Assembly (NCBI RefSeq): GCF_009914755.1
Contig: NC_060932.1
DNA: 64,000 nt
From: the human T2T-CHM13v2.0 reference genome, Homo sapiens
Strand: one strand, 5' to 3'
Below are positions 48,005 to 59,705 of this stretch, piece by piece. A model generated the notes under the pieces. The model was not told the origin of the DNA. It saw only the letters and a program-made list of their open reading frames with translations, and ran no database searches. A program made the translations under genes and the position numbers. Positions within the stretch are counted from its first letter, which is position 1, and each line of letters opens with the position of its first letter.

Positions 48005-48745
48005 TCAGCAATTTTGAGTGAGTTTCTTAATCCTGAGTTCTAATTTGATTGCACTATGGTCTGAGAGACAGTTTGTTATAATTTCTGTTCTTTTACATTT
48101 GCTGAGGAGAGCTTTACTTCCAACTATGTGGTCAATTTTGGAATAGGTGTGGTGTGGTGCTGAAAAAAATGTATATTCTGTTGATTTGGGGTGGAGAGTT
48201 CTGTAGATGTCTATTAGGTCCACTTGGTGCAGAGCTGAGTTCAATTCCTGGGTATCCTTGTGAACTTTCTGTCTCGTTGATCTGTCTAATGTTGACAGTG
48301 GGGTGTTAAAGTCTCCCATTATTATTGTGTGGGAGTCTAAGTCTCTTTGTAGGTCACTCAGGACTTGCTTTATGAATCTGGGTGCTCCTGTATTGGGTGC
48401 ATATATATTTAGGATAGTTAGCTCTTCTTGTTGAATTGATCCCTTTACAATTATGTAATGGCCTTCTTTGTCTCTTTTGATCTTTGATGGTTTAAAGTCT
48501 GTTTTATCAGAGGCTAGGATTGCAACCCCTGCCTTTTTTTGTTTTCCATTTGCTTGGTAGATCTTCCTCCATCCTTTTATTTTGAGCCTATGTATGTCTC
48601 TGCACGTGAGATGGGTTTCCTGAATACAGCACACTGATGGGTCTTGACTCTTTATCCAATTTGCCAGTCTGTGTCTTTTAATTGGAGCATTTAGTCCATT
48701 TACATTTAAAGTTAATATTGTTATGTGTGAATTTGATCCTGTCAT
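48005..48745 (-). CDS. L1 ORF2 APE-type endonuclease domain, closed by a stop at codon 247
   Basis: N14, E43, GDFN, SKIDH and SDH motifs present; TGA where the consensus has TCA. Confidence 0.75.
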   Translation of the reverse strand: MTGSNSHITILTLNVNGLNAPIKRHRLANWIKSQDPSVCCIQETHLTCRDIHRLKIKGWRKIYQANGKQKKAGVAILASDKTDFKPSKIKRDKEGHYIIVKGSIQQEELTILNIYAPNTGAPRFIKQVLSDLQRDLDSHTIIMGDFNTPLSTLDRSTRQKVHKDTQELNSALHQVDLIDIYRTLHPKSTEYTFFSAPHHTYSKIDHIVGSKALLSKCKRTEIITNCLSDHSAIKLELRIKKLTQNC

Positions 48746-48808
48746 TATGATGTTAGCTGGTTATTTTGCTCATTAGTTGATGCAGTTTCTTCTTAGTCTC
48801 AATGGTCT

Positions 48809-49825
48809 TTACATTTTGGCATGATTTTGCAGTGGCTGGTACCGGTTGTTCCTTTCCATGTTTATTGCTTCCTTCAGGAGCTCTTTTAGGGCAGGCATGG
48901 TGGTGACAAAATCTCTCAGCATTTGCTTGTCTTTAAAGTATTTTATTTCTCCTTCACTTAGGAAGCTTAGTTTGGCTGGATATGAAATTCTGGGTTGAAA
49001 ATTCTTTTCTTTAAGAATGTTGAATATTGGCCCCCACTCTCTTCTGGCTTGTAGAGTTTCTGCCGAGAGATCCACTGTTAGTCTGATGGGCTTCCCTTTG
49101 TGGGTAACCCGACCTTTCTCTCTGGCTGCCCTTAACATTTTTTCCTTCATTTCAACTTTGGTGAATCTGACAATTATGTATCTTGGAGTTGCTCTTCTCG
49201 AGGAGTATCTTTGTGGCGTTCTCTGTATTTCCTGAATCTGAATGTTGGCCTGCCTTGCTAGATTGGTGAAGTTCTCCTGGATAATATCTTGCAGAGTGTT
49301 TTCCAACTTGGTTCCATTCTCCCCGTCACTTTCAGGTAAACCAATCAGACATAGATTTGGTCTTTTCACGTAGTCCCATATTTCTTGGAGGCTTTGTTCA
49401 TTTCTTTTTATTCTTTTTTCTCTAAACTTCCCTTCTCGCTTCATTTCTTTCATTTCATCTTCCATCACTGATACCCTTTCTTCCAGTTGATCGCATTGGC
49501 TCCTGAGGCTTCTGCATTCTTCACGTAGTTCTCGAGCCTTGGCTTTTAGCTCCATCAGCTCCTTTAAGCACTTCTCTGTATTGGTTATTCTAGTTATACA
49601 TTCGTCTAAATTTTTTTCAAAGTTTTTAACTTCTTTGCCTTTGGTTTGAATTTCCTCCTGTAGCTCGGAGTAATTTGATCGTCTGAAGCCTTCTTCTCTC
49701 AACTCGTCAAAGTCATTCTCCGTCCAGCTTTGTTCTGTTGCTGGTGAGGAACTGCGTTCCTTTGGAGGAGGATAGGCGCTCTGCTTTTTAGAGTTTCCAG
49801 TTTTTCTGCTCTGTTTTTTCCCCAT
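48809..49825 (-). CDS. L1 ORF1p, uninterrupted 338 aa
   Basis: Full-length frame with coiled coil and REKG, ARR and YPAKLS motifs; expression unknown. Confidence 0.85.
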   Translation of the reverse strand: MGKKQSRKTGNSKKQSAYPPPKERSSSPATEQSWTENDFDELREEGFRRSNYSELQEEIQTKGKEVKNFEKNLDECITRITNTEKCLKELMELKAKARELREECRSLRSQCDQLEERVSVMEDEMKEMKREGKFREKRIKRNEQSLQEIWDYVKRPNLCLIGLPESDGENGTKLENTLQDIIQENFTNLARQANIQIQEIQRTPQRYSSRRATPRYIIVRFTKVEMKEKMLRAAREKGRVTHKGKPIRLTVDLSAETLQARREWGPIFNILKEKNFQPRISYPAKLSFLSEGEIKYFKDKQMLRDFVTTMPALKELLKEAINMERNNRYQPLQNHAKM

Positions 49826-50858
49826 CTTTGTGGTTTTATCTACTTTTGGTCTTTGATGATGGTGATGTACGGATAGGTTTTTGGTGTGGATGTCCTTTCT
49901 GTTTGTTAGTTTTCCTTCTAACAGACAGGACGCTCGGCTGCAGGTCTGTTGGAGTTTGCTAGAGGTCCACTCCAGACCCTGTTTGCCTGCGTATCAGCAA
50001 CGGTGGCTGCAGAACAGTAGATTTTCGTGATCCGCGAATGCTGCTGTCTGATCGTTCCTCTGGAAGTTTTGTCTCAGAGGAGTAACAGGCCATGTGAGGT
50101 GTCAGTCTGCCCCTACTGGGCGGTGCCTCCCAGTTAGGCTGCTTGGGGGTCAGCGGTCAGGGACCCACTTGAGGAGGCAGTCTGCTCGTTCTCAGATCTC
50201 CAGCTGCATGCTGGGAGAACCACTGCTCTCTTCAAAGCTGTCAGACAGGGACATTTAAGTCTGCAGAGGTTACTGCTGTCTTTTTGTTTGTCTGTGCCCT
50301 GCCCCCAGAGGTGGAGCCTACAGAGGCAGGCAGGCCTCCTTGAGCTGTAGTGGGCTCCACCCAGTTTGAGCTTCCCGGCTGGTTTGGTTACCTAAGCAAG
50401 CCTGGGCAATGGTGGGTGCCCCTCCCCCAGCCTCGCTGCCACCTTATAGTTTGATCTCAGACTGCTGTGCTAGCAATCAGCGAGACTCTGTGGGCGTAGG
50501 ACCCTCCGAGCCAGGTGTGGGATATAATCTCCTGTAGCACCGTTTTTTAAGCCCCTCGGAAAAGCGCAGTATTAGGGTGGGAGTGACCCGGTTTTCCAGG
50601 TGCCATCTGTCACCCCTTTCTTTGACTAGGAAAGGGAACTCCCTGACCCCTTGCGCTTCCCGGGTGAGGCAATGCCTCGCCCTGCTTCGGCTCGCGCACG
50701 GTGCGCTGCACCCACTGTCCTGTGCCCACTGTCCGGCACTCCCTAGTGGGATGAACCCGGTACCTCAGATGGAAATGCAGAAATCACCTGTCTTCTGCGT
50801 CGCTCACACTGGAAGCTGTCGACCGGAGCCATTCCTATTCGGCCATCTTGGCTGCCAG
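49826..50858. promoter_or_regulatory. L1 5'UTR (1033 bp): sense promoter (- strand) and antisense promoter (+ strand, toward exon 6)
   Basis: CpG-richer than flanks, YY1 site intact; activity inferred from family knowledge. Confidence 0.7.
50409..50537 (+). CDS. L1 ORF0, truncated at 42 aa (MVGAPPPASLPPYSLISDCCASNQRDSVGVGPSEPGVGYNLL*)
   Basis: gcaATGG Kozak context; matches the ORF0 N-terminus as recalled; donors 106 nt (CAG|gtgtgg) and 191 nt (CAG|gtgcca) after the ATG. Confidence 0.7.
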   Translation: MVGAPPPASLPPYSLISDCCASNQRDSVGVGPSEPGVGYNLL

Positions 50859-52160
50859 TCCTATGAGTCTTAATTTCAAGTGAAATATGCCTAGTTGTAG
50901 TTTGCTTTTAAGGTTTTTGGTGCTTAAATTATGTGACATAAACACTCAAATTATTTTTCTAGATAATGTTTTCTGCATGCCAGATAGGATTATTTCCCTC
51001 TTCTTTTAATTAGTTACTTAATTAGTAATTTTTAATGGTGTCATAAGCACCCAAGCCCCCCCTTACCCCCAAAATCTAAGACCTTGACCATACCGCACAC
51101 TTATGCTTTTATTTTCTTTAAGATGTCTTTTGATGACCAACTTAAACATTTTTAGTCTTATTAAACTTATCAATCTTTTGATTTATAGTCAATTAGTTCT
51201 ATATCTTGTTTAGGAGCTATACAGAATTTGTATTTCCAAGTCATTTCTGACTTGAATGAGCTAAATAAACAGAAAATATCTATTGGAAGTTATTTTTTAA
51301 ACCAGAAAATACCAATTTCATTACCTCTCTTTTAAATAAGCAGAAAGCGTTCCCTTTCTAAGATCCTATCCACATGGTTCCCAATTAATTTATAAGTGAA
51401 ATAATATCCCCAGTAGTTTTGGAAAAGAAAGAAAACTACTCTCCATTTGAGAGTAACTTTTCCCCATAAAAACAGAGAAAAATGGGTTCTTGAAGCTTAA
51501 CCAGACTTCAATTTTCCCTGGTTATGTCCAAAAAACAAATTAATTTTTATCCCTTGACTTCTTGTGGCATTCCATTTTAGCCTTTTTCTTAGTGTGGTAC
51601 AGTAGGGTTGACTCCCAAATACAAAGTTACCAGCTGATGGCTCTGTATTTGGTGATTAAGAAAGGGAATCTGGTGCCAGAAAGTGAATACACAAACTTTG
51701 GATTAAGTTGTACTGTTTAGCTTCCATAATGAATATTGGAGTATTTCATTGGCAAATTCATTTTTTCCCCATCTGGTAAAAGCATCTAGGTATCCCATGA
51801 ATATTTATATCTGGAAAAAGTCAAGATCCTTTAAGCAAAATGTGGCCTGGTAGGCGCAGAGACACGTATATTAAACTGCCTATGCCAACCATAATAGTTC
51901 AACTATTTTTTTTTAAGTAAAAGCATATTCAACTTGTTTATGAATACTTCTGTATTTTGGTTTTCATTATATATGTTAAAAAAATAAAGATTTTTTTAGA
52001 CCAGCAAGAATAAAAAGGATACAGGAAACCCAGCCCCAAACCCCTCTGCCCGCCACACACACTTAATGATCTCTAGTCCTAACATGAAAATTCAGCAAAG
52101 TTAAGCAGTTCTTTGGAAGCACAGACCAGAGTTCGAAGCAATGTTGCGATCGGTACTAAA

Positions 52161-52526
52161 AGTATTGGTCTGTTCTCACGCTGCTAATAAAGACATACTC
52201 GAGACTGGGTAATTTAAAAAGGAAAGCGGTTTAATGGACTCACAGTTCCACATGGCTGGGGAGGCTTCACAATCATGGCGAAAGACAAAGGAGAAGCAAA
52301 GGCACATCTTACTTGGTGGCAGGCAAGAGCACGTGTGCAGAGGGAATCTCCCTTTTATAAAACCATCAGATCTTGTGAGACTTATTCGCTATTCAGAGAA
52401 CAGCATGGGAAATACCTGCCCCCATTATTTAATTACCTCCCACTGCATCCCTCCCATGACACGTGGGAATTATGGGAGCTACAGTTCAAGATGAGATGTG
52501 GGTGGGGACACAACCAAACCATATCG
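52161..52526 (-). mobile_element. THE1 (THE1C/D-like) MaLR solo LTR
   Basis: gtattggtctgttctcacgctgctaataaagacat...caaaccatatc, ~365 bp. Confidence 0.88.
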
Positions 52527-53449
52527 ACATTGTTAAGGATTTGTGAAACACTTGGAGAATATTCCTTTGTCTTGGCTCGGTGTGAATAGAAATGGTGAGT
52601 TTCCCCTAAAGAAACACAGACCTACCCTAGATCAGGCAGCCTCCTCCATTGTTGTAGAGACTTAACCATTCACCTTCTGCATTTCCCCAGCATTGCTGTG
52701 AGTGGGGCCTTCTCTAATAGTAAAACATAGGTACCATGGCCACTGGGCATCCTCTTCTGAATCTTTGTCCTGAGTCCTAACTGAGCCATTTAAAAAAATC
52801 AATTATTTACATGATCTTTAGGAGCAAAATTTACTGTCACATACACATAATATGCAAAAAACATTTGACTTTGGGGAAACTCTTTGGCCTTTTTCCCATT
52901 ATCTTGTTCCAAAAGCCCTTCCTACTTTAGAAAAAGTCTCTGTACCTTTGTTGGATTAAATACGTGGCTGTAATGTTTCCTTGAATTCAGAAAGTCCGCA
53001 TTTCTCTTTTTTCTATCACTTCCTGTAGCATAAATTTATCAGGATAGGAGAGCCGTCTTTTTGCCTCCTGGCCGTCTTCCCATCTCGGCTGACTGGCACA
53101 CGCTGGTGTTGCTAAGACCTTTCCTGGAAAGAATCAACAGGCAAAAGCTCAGAGCTGGATGCTTTTGCACAGACACTACTTTCTAAAATACACAGAAGGC
53201 TGAGTTGTCAGGATGGTGTGAACCTGCCCAGTATTTTCCTATTTCCAGAGTACTGGCTCTACTGCCAACAGTTACCACAATTTTTTTTCTAGTAAAATAC
53301 ATTTAAGGGAAGAGTTGTAAAAAGATGGCTGCTCCTACGGGAACTCTTTTGTATTCTTAGCACTAAGTTGTCTAAAAGACATTAAGATGGACTGTTTTTG
53401 AAGTTGCTCTGACAGTAACACATGCGCTTTTCTGGTTTGTGCTTTGCAG

Positions 53450-53605
53450 AAGTGAAATTTGTCTGTCAAACTCCAGCAATTGCTGACATTGTAATCCTGG
53501 TCGATGGTTCATGGAGTATTGGAAGATTCAACTTCAGACTGGTTCGGCATTTCTTGGAAAACCTGGTTACAGCATTCGATGTGGGCTCAGAGAAGACACG
53601 AATTG
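53450..53605 (+). CDS. COL14A1: Exon 6: VWA1 start with MIDAS DxSxS ([25 protein letters not shown]...KTRI), 156 nt
   Basis: tttgcag| acceptor, TTG|gtataa donor; seen in ORF 53422..53670. Confidence 0.97.
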
Positions 53606-54469
53606 GTATAATTTCTATTATTAGCAGTAGCAGTCAGTTGTCAGTGCAAAACTGCTGGGAAGTATTTTAAGAAATTTCAAAAATTCCTTACAAAGTGACT
53701 TTCAGGATTGCAGGATACTCATGGTCCCCTAAAGTACATGTTTGGATCAATAAATATTATTTATTCCTTCTAATTTTTGCAATGACACTGTCATTCAATT
53801 AATTATTGAACATATTTTAATCTTCTGAAAAGTCAAGTTCTTCTCTGTTACTTTAAAAGTTACAGCTGGTTTAAGAATTTATTGCATAGCAGTTTTCTTT
53901 TTATTTAAAAGAAATAGCTAAATCTAGGAAAATGTTGAACTAGAAAATTGGCAGTCATTTAATAGTACAAGATAACCTTTGCCAAATTAATTCTAGCCCA
54001 GATAAGAAGCAAAAAAGTTGTAAATCTTTGAGCAATATTGAGCAATTACAAATATTTATTATTTGTAATCAAATAATAAAAATAATAAATCTTTATTAAA
54101 CAAAGTCTCCTAGTTTAACTTTTAAATAGCCATTAAGAAAAATGACTCCTTTGAGAATAAATCAACAACAAATAAATCTAGACCTTTTATCTACAAACAT
54201 GATCAGAGTTTTTTTTAATGCCAAGTACCTAATTGGGCGCTCATTTATAAATGGCTAAAAAATATGTACACTCCCTCAACCCCCGTATATGTCTAACTTG
54301 ATTCCTTTAATTGATCTTACTCAGCAAATCTTTTTGAAAATTTATAGCCAGGCCAAAATAAAAAATTTTTGCAAAGATGAGGCCTTTCGTCATTCCAGTT
54401 TCTTGAGTAGCCCACTAGATTTTTGAGTAACCCATTATTCCTGGTGCGTTTCCTAATCTTTTTTTCCAG

Positions 54470-54589
54470 GTCTTGCACAGTATAGTGGTGACCCCAGAAT
54501 AGAATGGCACTTGAATGCATTTAGCACAAAAGATGAAGTGATTGAAGCTGTCCGAAACCTCCCATATAAAGGAGGAAATACACTAACAG
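54470..54589 (+). CDS. COL14A1: Exon 7: VWA1 ([16 protein letters not shown]...YKGGNTLT), 120 nt
   Basis: ttccag| acceptor, CAG|gtatgt donor, VWA GGNT motif. Confidence 0.97.
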
Positions 54590-55172
54590 GTATGTTTTGT
54601 TCAATCCATGTTATAACAACATATCTTTTTGAAGAATAATTGTATTACCTCATTTTGCCACTTTGTAAGCGTTATCATAATGTTTTAATTAAACTAGCAC
54701 TTAGGATTCTTTGATGGCTGTTTTCCCAAACTCAGCATTGAGTTAAAAGCCAGATATCTCATTCCTTTTACTCTATGACTATAATGTCCCAGGAAGGGCT
54801 TGGTTGGGCTAGGAGAAAATGAAGCAAGCCCTGAGACCAACAGAGTGGAGTAGCTGTCTAACTTTTGTCAGCTAATCTCTTCGCTACTTTTCTCCTCCTG
54901 CCATCCTCCACCCTGTTATTCAAATATAAACAAATTTCTTCTTATTTTCAAAGAAGATATTTTCTTTGCCCTTATTCTGCAATCATTAGTTATCATGAAA
55001 ATATTGTGAAATAATTTTCTAAAAAGTCAAGATCCTCTCTTTTCATAATAATAATATGGATCTTTGGCTCACAGTATTTTTGATGAATGACGAATATAAG
55101 AATATTTACATTATAATCATCCATGGCACAATCACAAGGGGTTTGTAAAAATTTTCACCTTGAGACATGCTG

Positions 55173-55381
55173 CAAGCTGAGCATCCCAACTCTGAAAATC
55201 CAAAATGTTTGAGTGCCAACATGATGCTAAAAAAATGCTCATTGAAGCATTTCAGGTTTTGAATTTTTAGATTTGGGATGCTCAACCAGCAAATATAATG
55301 CAAATATTCCAAAATCCAAAAATACCTGAAATCCAAAACGATTCTGGTCTCAAGGATTTTGAATAGTGGATATTCAACCTG
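55173..55381. mobile_element. Tigger4/MER46-like MITE
   Basis: TIRs caagctgagcatccc / ggatattcaacctg. Confidence 0.75.
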
Positions 55382-56060
55382 TATTGCCTGCCACAGGCAC
55401 ATATTAGAGATGCTCAGATGAAGCAATGTAGATGTTGTTATTGATTTTTAGGTAAACCAGTAGAATCCTGATCATTGCTTTGCCAACTTGAGGCAAAGTC
55501 TCGTGGAATTTTTGTTAATGCAGCAAACAATTTATTGAACACAAATCCTACAACAATATTGCACCATTTCTTATTTTTTTCTGGATGGAAAGTGTCATGC
55601 TCAAAAGGCAGGAGTACGATTAATGATATTAGATTTGTCCCTTCTACTCCTAAAAAACAAAGAGAGGGATTTTTTGGTTCTTTAGAATATCACGAACAAA
55701 ATTGAAAACCTAGTGATAACGCACTACTGTGTGAGTATTCTTGCTTCATCCTGAATTATAAAGGTTCAGATCTGCTTGTACATGAAATCTATTATCATCC
55801 ATTGGCCATGAATTCAGTGTTCTTTATAAATGCTAGTTTCTGAAAGAATGCAGTGTTTAATTATTTTCATTACCTTTATTCCAGTGGATTTTAGTTCCTT
55901 GTTGAATCTGTGAAAGACAACGTTATTACAAAAATGAAGATTTGCATGTAATAAAAAGTCTATGGCTCAATAGGTTACCCATCTTGTGGTTATATCTTGA
56001 AGAATTAGGAGACTTTTTATTAGAGATAGCTGGTGTTTACTTTTCCTTGTTTTCTCCAAG

Positions 56061-56225
56061 GTCTTGCTTTGAACTACATTTTTGAAAATAGCTTCAAACC
56101 AGAAGCAGGATCAAGGACTGGAGTATCCAAAATTGGCATTTTAATCACAGATGGAAAATCCCAAGATGACATTATTCCACCATCTAGAAATCTTCGTGAG
56201 TCTGGTGTAGAACTGTTTGCCATAG
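56061..56225 (+). CDS. COL14A1: Exon 8: VWA1 ([12 protein letters not shown]...[11 protein letters not shown]...LFAI), 165 nt
   Basis: ccaag| acceptor, TAG|gtatgt donor, TDG motif; ORF 56033..56242. Confidence 0.97.
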
Positions 56226-57369
56226 GTATGTGCTCTTTATAGTCTTGTTTCAACTAAGGGCATAGACCCACAACCACTTAAAACAATATGTAATGTGAAA
56301 TGCACTTCACTGAAAGCCAGGAGACCTGAGCACTTTCTAGTCTTGGCACTTGTCATAGGCAGCCCTGTGATCTGAGCCCAGCTTCCTTACAGTTAAAATG
56401 GGAGTGATGCTAGCTGTCATGTATCCCATGGTGTGAGGATTTCTAAGTGAGGTGTCATATATAAAATGCTGTGAAAAGCATAAAGTGGCATGCAAAGGTC
56501 AGGTACATGTTTGTTACTGTTTAGTAAGTCAAGACTTTCTCTTAAGGGTCATAGCTATCTCTTTTCTGGTAATATAGGAAGAATCTAATTTATCATTTTC
56601 AAGGAAATACGATCCTGCAACTACGTAAAGAAGACACAAAGTTCAAGATTTGTAGTAGTTCTTATCTGAAACTAACCCTTTATAAGGTATCCTTCTTGTG
56701 TGAAAAAGCATATATATATATAGATAGCATACATTCAGAATAACTACAAAATATTTAGATGATGTGACTTTGCTGTTGATTAAAATGTTAACATTTTCTT
56801 TGGCAATGGGAACGTCTTCTATTTAGTAGAGAACAACAAACTTTCTCAGCAGAAAAAATGCCTGATTCCCAAGCAACACTGAAACACAAACCAAAATATA
56901 ACAGCGAATTCCTTAATAGGGCTCTGAAGACATTTGAAATTGGTTATCATGAAGGGTCCCTTTTATTATGTTTTACATATTTAATTATTTTATTTGTGAT
57001 CAATCTTTAGTCCAAATAAAATGCATTTATCTTTCTGCATTTATCAAGAATATGGTGCATTTTTCTTTTTGTGAACTTTCCATGAGCTGTTTCTTCTATC
57101 AAAAGATAGTACTCTCTGCTCTGTAGTTACATACCCAGTTATAGTGGGTGCTGGCATAAAAACTACATATTTCAGAGTATTATTCTACTCTTATGAAATT
57201 GAACTATCCAGGGAGAAGGGGCCTGGGAATACGTGTTTTAAAACCATACCCAGTTCTGTACCTTAAAATCATTCTCCAGGGTTGAGAACTACTGGTAAGC
57301 CCAAGGGAATATCTCCTCTAGGTATACTGTAAGTTTGTCTCCTTTAGAGAAAGATCCTAAAAAGTTTTC

Positions 57370-57374
<5 letters not shown>

Positions 57375-57428
<54 letters not shown>
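57375..57428. repeat. (TA)27 microsatellite
   Basis: Read directly. Confidence 0.97.
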
Positions 57429-57433
<5 letters not shown>

Positions 57434-57982
57434 TTTCATCAGAGGAGGTTTCTGATCATTTTTTCAGAACTTGTTTCCTACTAGTATGTAGCCAAGTACA
57501 GTCTAAGAACAGCTGCAGAAGCTGTGGAAACTATGATGTTCCCTCCTGTTTCTTTTCCTTATTCCTACAGCATCTCTAAGCAGTGAGTTCCCAGAGGTTC
57601 AGGTTGTATCTTCTTCACTTTTTCATCCTGATCACCTATCCCAGTGCTTGACACTTAAAAAGTATCCAATAAATGGCTGTTTAATAAGTTAGTGCTCTAA
57701 AGAATTTCTAAGATAGCATTATTTCCCTTAGTATTAAAAATAAAAATATTCTTGAAAGATACATGTAAGAGAAGTGTATTATTATTATTCAAGTAAGTGA
57801 TGTATATTATCCTATAGTAATGTAGCCATTACTGCTACATTTTTCATTTACAGAAGAAAGAACAAAGACATCCAGGGAAAAAATTAAAAATGTATTATGT
57901 TTGAACTTTGTTTTGGTAAATTAGAACCTTGTTATTTTGTGTGCATGTGTGTGTGGTGCAGGAGGAGGTAGCTGTTATAGCT

Positions 57983-58182
57983 CAGTGTTGTGCAGGAGCC
58001 AGCTCATGCCAGTTTGCAAGAGCCAATTGTGCACACCTTTTCCCAAGTCTGCATCCTGTGACCTCATATTGGTAGTTTGGAATAAGCTACAGTGGGGTAT
58101 TTATTCTACAGAAATTGGCAAACACTACAAATGAGGGCAGAAAGCTGACTGTTAAATATTTACATTTACCAGCACACCCCTG
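57983..58182. mobile_element. MER63-like hAT MITE
   Basis: cagtgttgtgcaggagccagctc ... tttaccagcacacccctg termini. Confidence 0.6.
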
Positions 58183-59649
58183 GAATTTAAATGGGCAATA
58201 AATGGATTTAACCATACGGTAGCTTCACTTGTAAAGATAAATGTGAAGTTGGTCCTAGGAGTTGAGTTAAATTTGCTGTGCAGGAACATTTCTTACCCTG
58301 AAATTTAACAGTACATCTTTTAGAGTTATCAATGCAAAAAAAACTTTAGACCCTGTCCTAGATTTGCTATTCACAATGTGGCTTATAGAATGCTTGATTC
58401 AAGAAGTATTAGCTTACATACTATGTGCCAGGCATTGTGGAGGTTGTTGGGGTACAAAGATGAACAAGGCAAAATCCTTAGAAAACAAATTCCTCCAAAG
58501 TCGTGATGACCATTTCCTCTCTTTTCTGTGCAGTTGCAACAGTCAAACTATTTTATTTGGGAAGGTGAGGGAGAAGCAAAATTGGGCCTATTTTTCCCAG
58601 AATATTTCTATATAAGTCCAAACTTGTTGGATTCAACTGAATATCACAAAAAAAGCATTATTGGCACTGCTTCAGCATACACTCAATGTTATATTAATTC
58701 AGATGTACATTTGAGAAGCAATTGTAGAAGTCCTTCAGGCAAGAACCATCAGAGAGATTTATTTTCCTGTCCTTTTGTCCAATAAAGGAAATCTCTGCCA
58801 AAGACTTAAACTAATGGAGAACTAATTTATATGTTTATTCTCCATTTTCTGCTCTTGTTAATGATGAATAGGTGAGTTTTTAAGCAAAGCTTTCAGTAAA
58901 TTCATCCAGATGTGATTTAGACTTCTCTGAAAATTACTTGGAAATCAGCAGTATTTATTAACCTGCAACCTCCTAAAGCAAATAGTTCAGAGACAACTAA
59001 TGCTTTGTTGCTCAATATGTTGGGGTTGAAAGATAAATTAATTGGCACAGCCAGCCATCTAAGAAGTAATTCATGTTGCCCCAGGTAATTTCTCTTCCTT
59101 GCTTCTATAGAACCTCCTTTTAATACCCTCCGATGATTGAAATGACGGGGATTATAAAGAAATCCTCCTTGTTTGATGAGGCTTGGAGAAGGGAAATCTA
59201 CTTCATACCCATAAAACTTAACCTCATGCCTCTCCTTTCCTATCTCTAACATTGTTGGTAAATGTTTACTCATTTTAATGTGCAGTCTTCTGAGAGGCAG
59301 TATAAAATAGGGGAACAATAGTTCCAAACTCATAGGATTGATTGTCAGGATTAAAGGTGTTATTATATGGAAAACACTTACTATGGTGCTTGGGGGCACA
59401 GTGATCACACTCTTTTTTAAGGGTTCGTGTTCACTGCTTTCTGTCCTATTCTATTCCCTGCTGTATTCCAGACACCCAACTTTGTGCTTGACCATGGTAT
59501 TCAGTAGATACTGTGGAAGGACCAGGAATTTTCTATTTACATTAGTAAAATTGCAGTGGTTACTAGACAGCAAATTGTATTTGAGTATGTTAAAAAATAA
59601 TTTTCCCTAGCTTTCTCCTTGGCTTAATGCTATACAATAATAATAATTT

Positions 59650-59652
<3 letters not shown>

Positions 59653-59700
<48 letters not shown>
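59653..59700. repeat. (AT)24 microsatellite
   Basis: Read directly. Confidence 0.97.

Positions 59701-59705
<5 letters not shown>

Noticed and set aside
50577-50873. 98-aa + strand ORF in the L1 5'UTR
   Set aside because: Starts at GTG and lies after the ORF0 stop; generic antisense 5'UTR frame
54470-56067. Exons 7 and 8 both begin GTCTTGC, and exons 2, 4, 7 and 8 begin with GT (recursive splicing?)
   Set aside because: For the coding exons this follows from Gly-Leu-Ala or Gly codons at phase-1 junctions; the reconstituted donors are poor
58917-59610. 163-aa (-) and 90-aa (+) ORFs in intron 8
   Set aside because: Non-ATG starts, partly MIR-like sequence, no protein-like features
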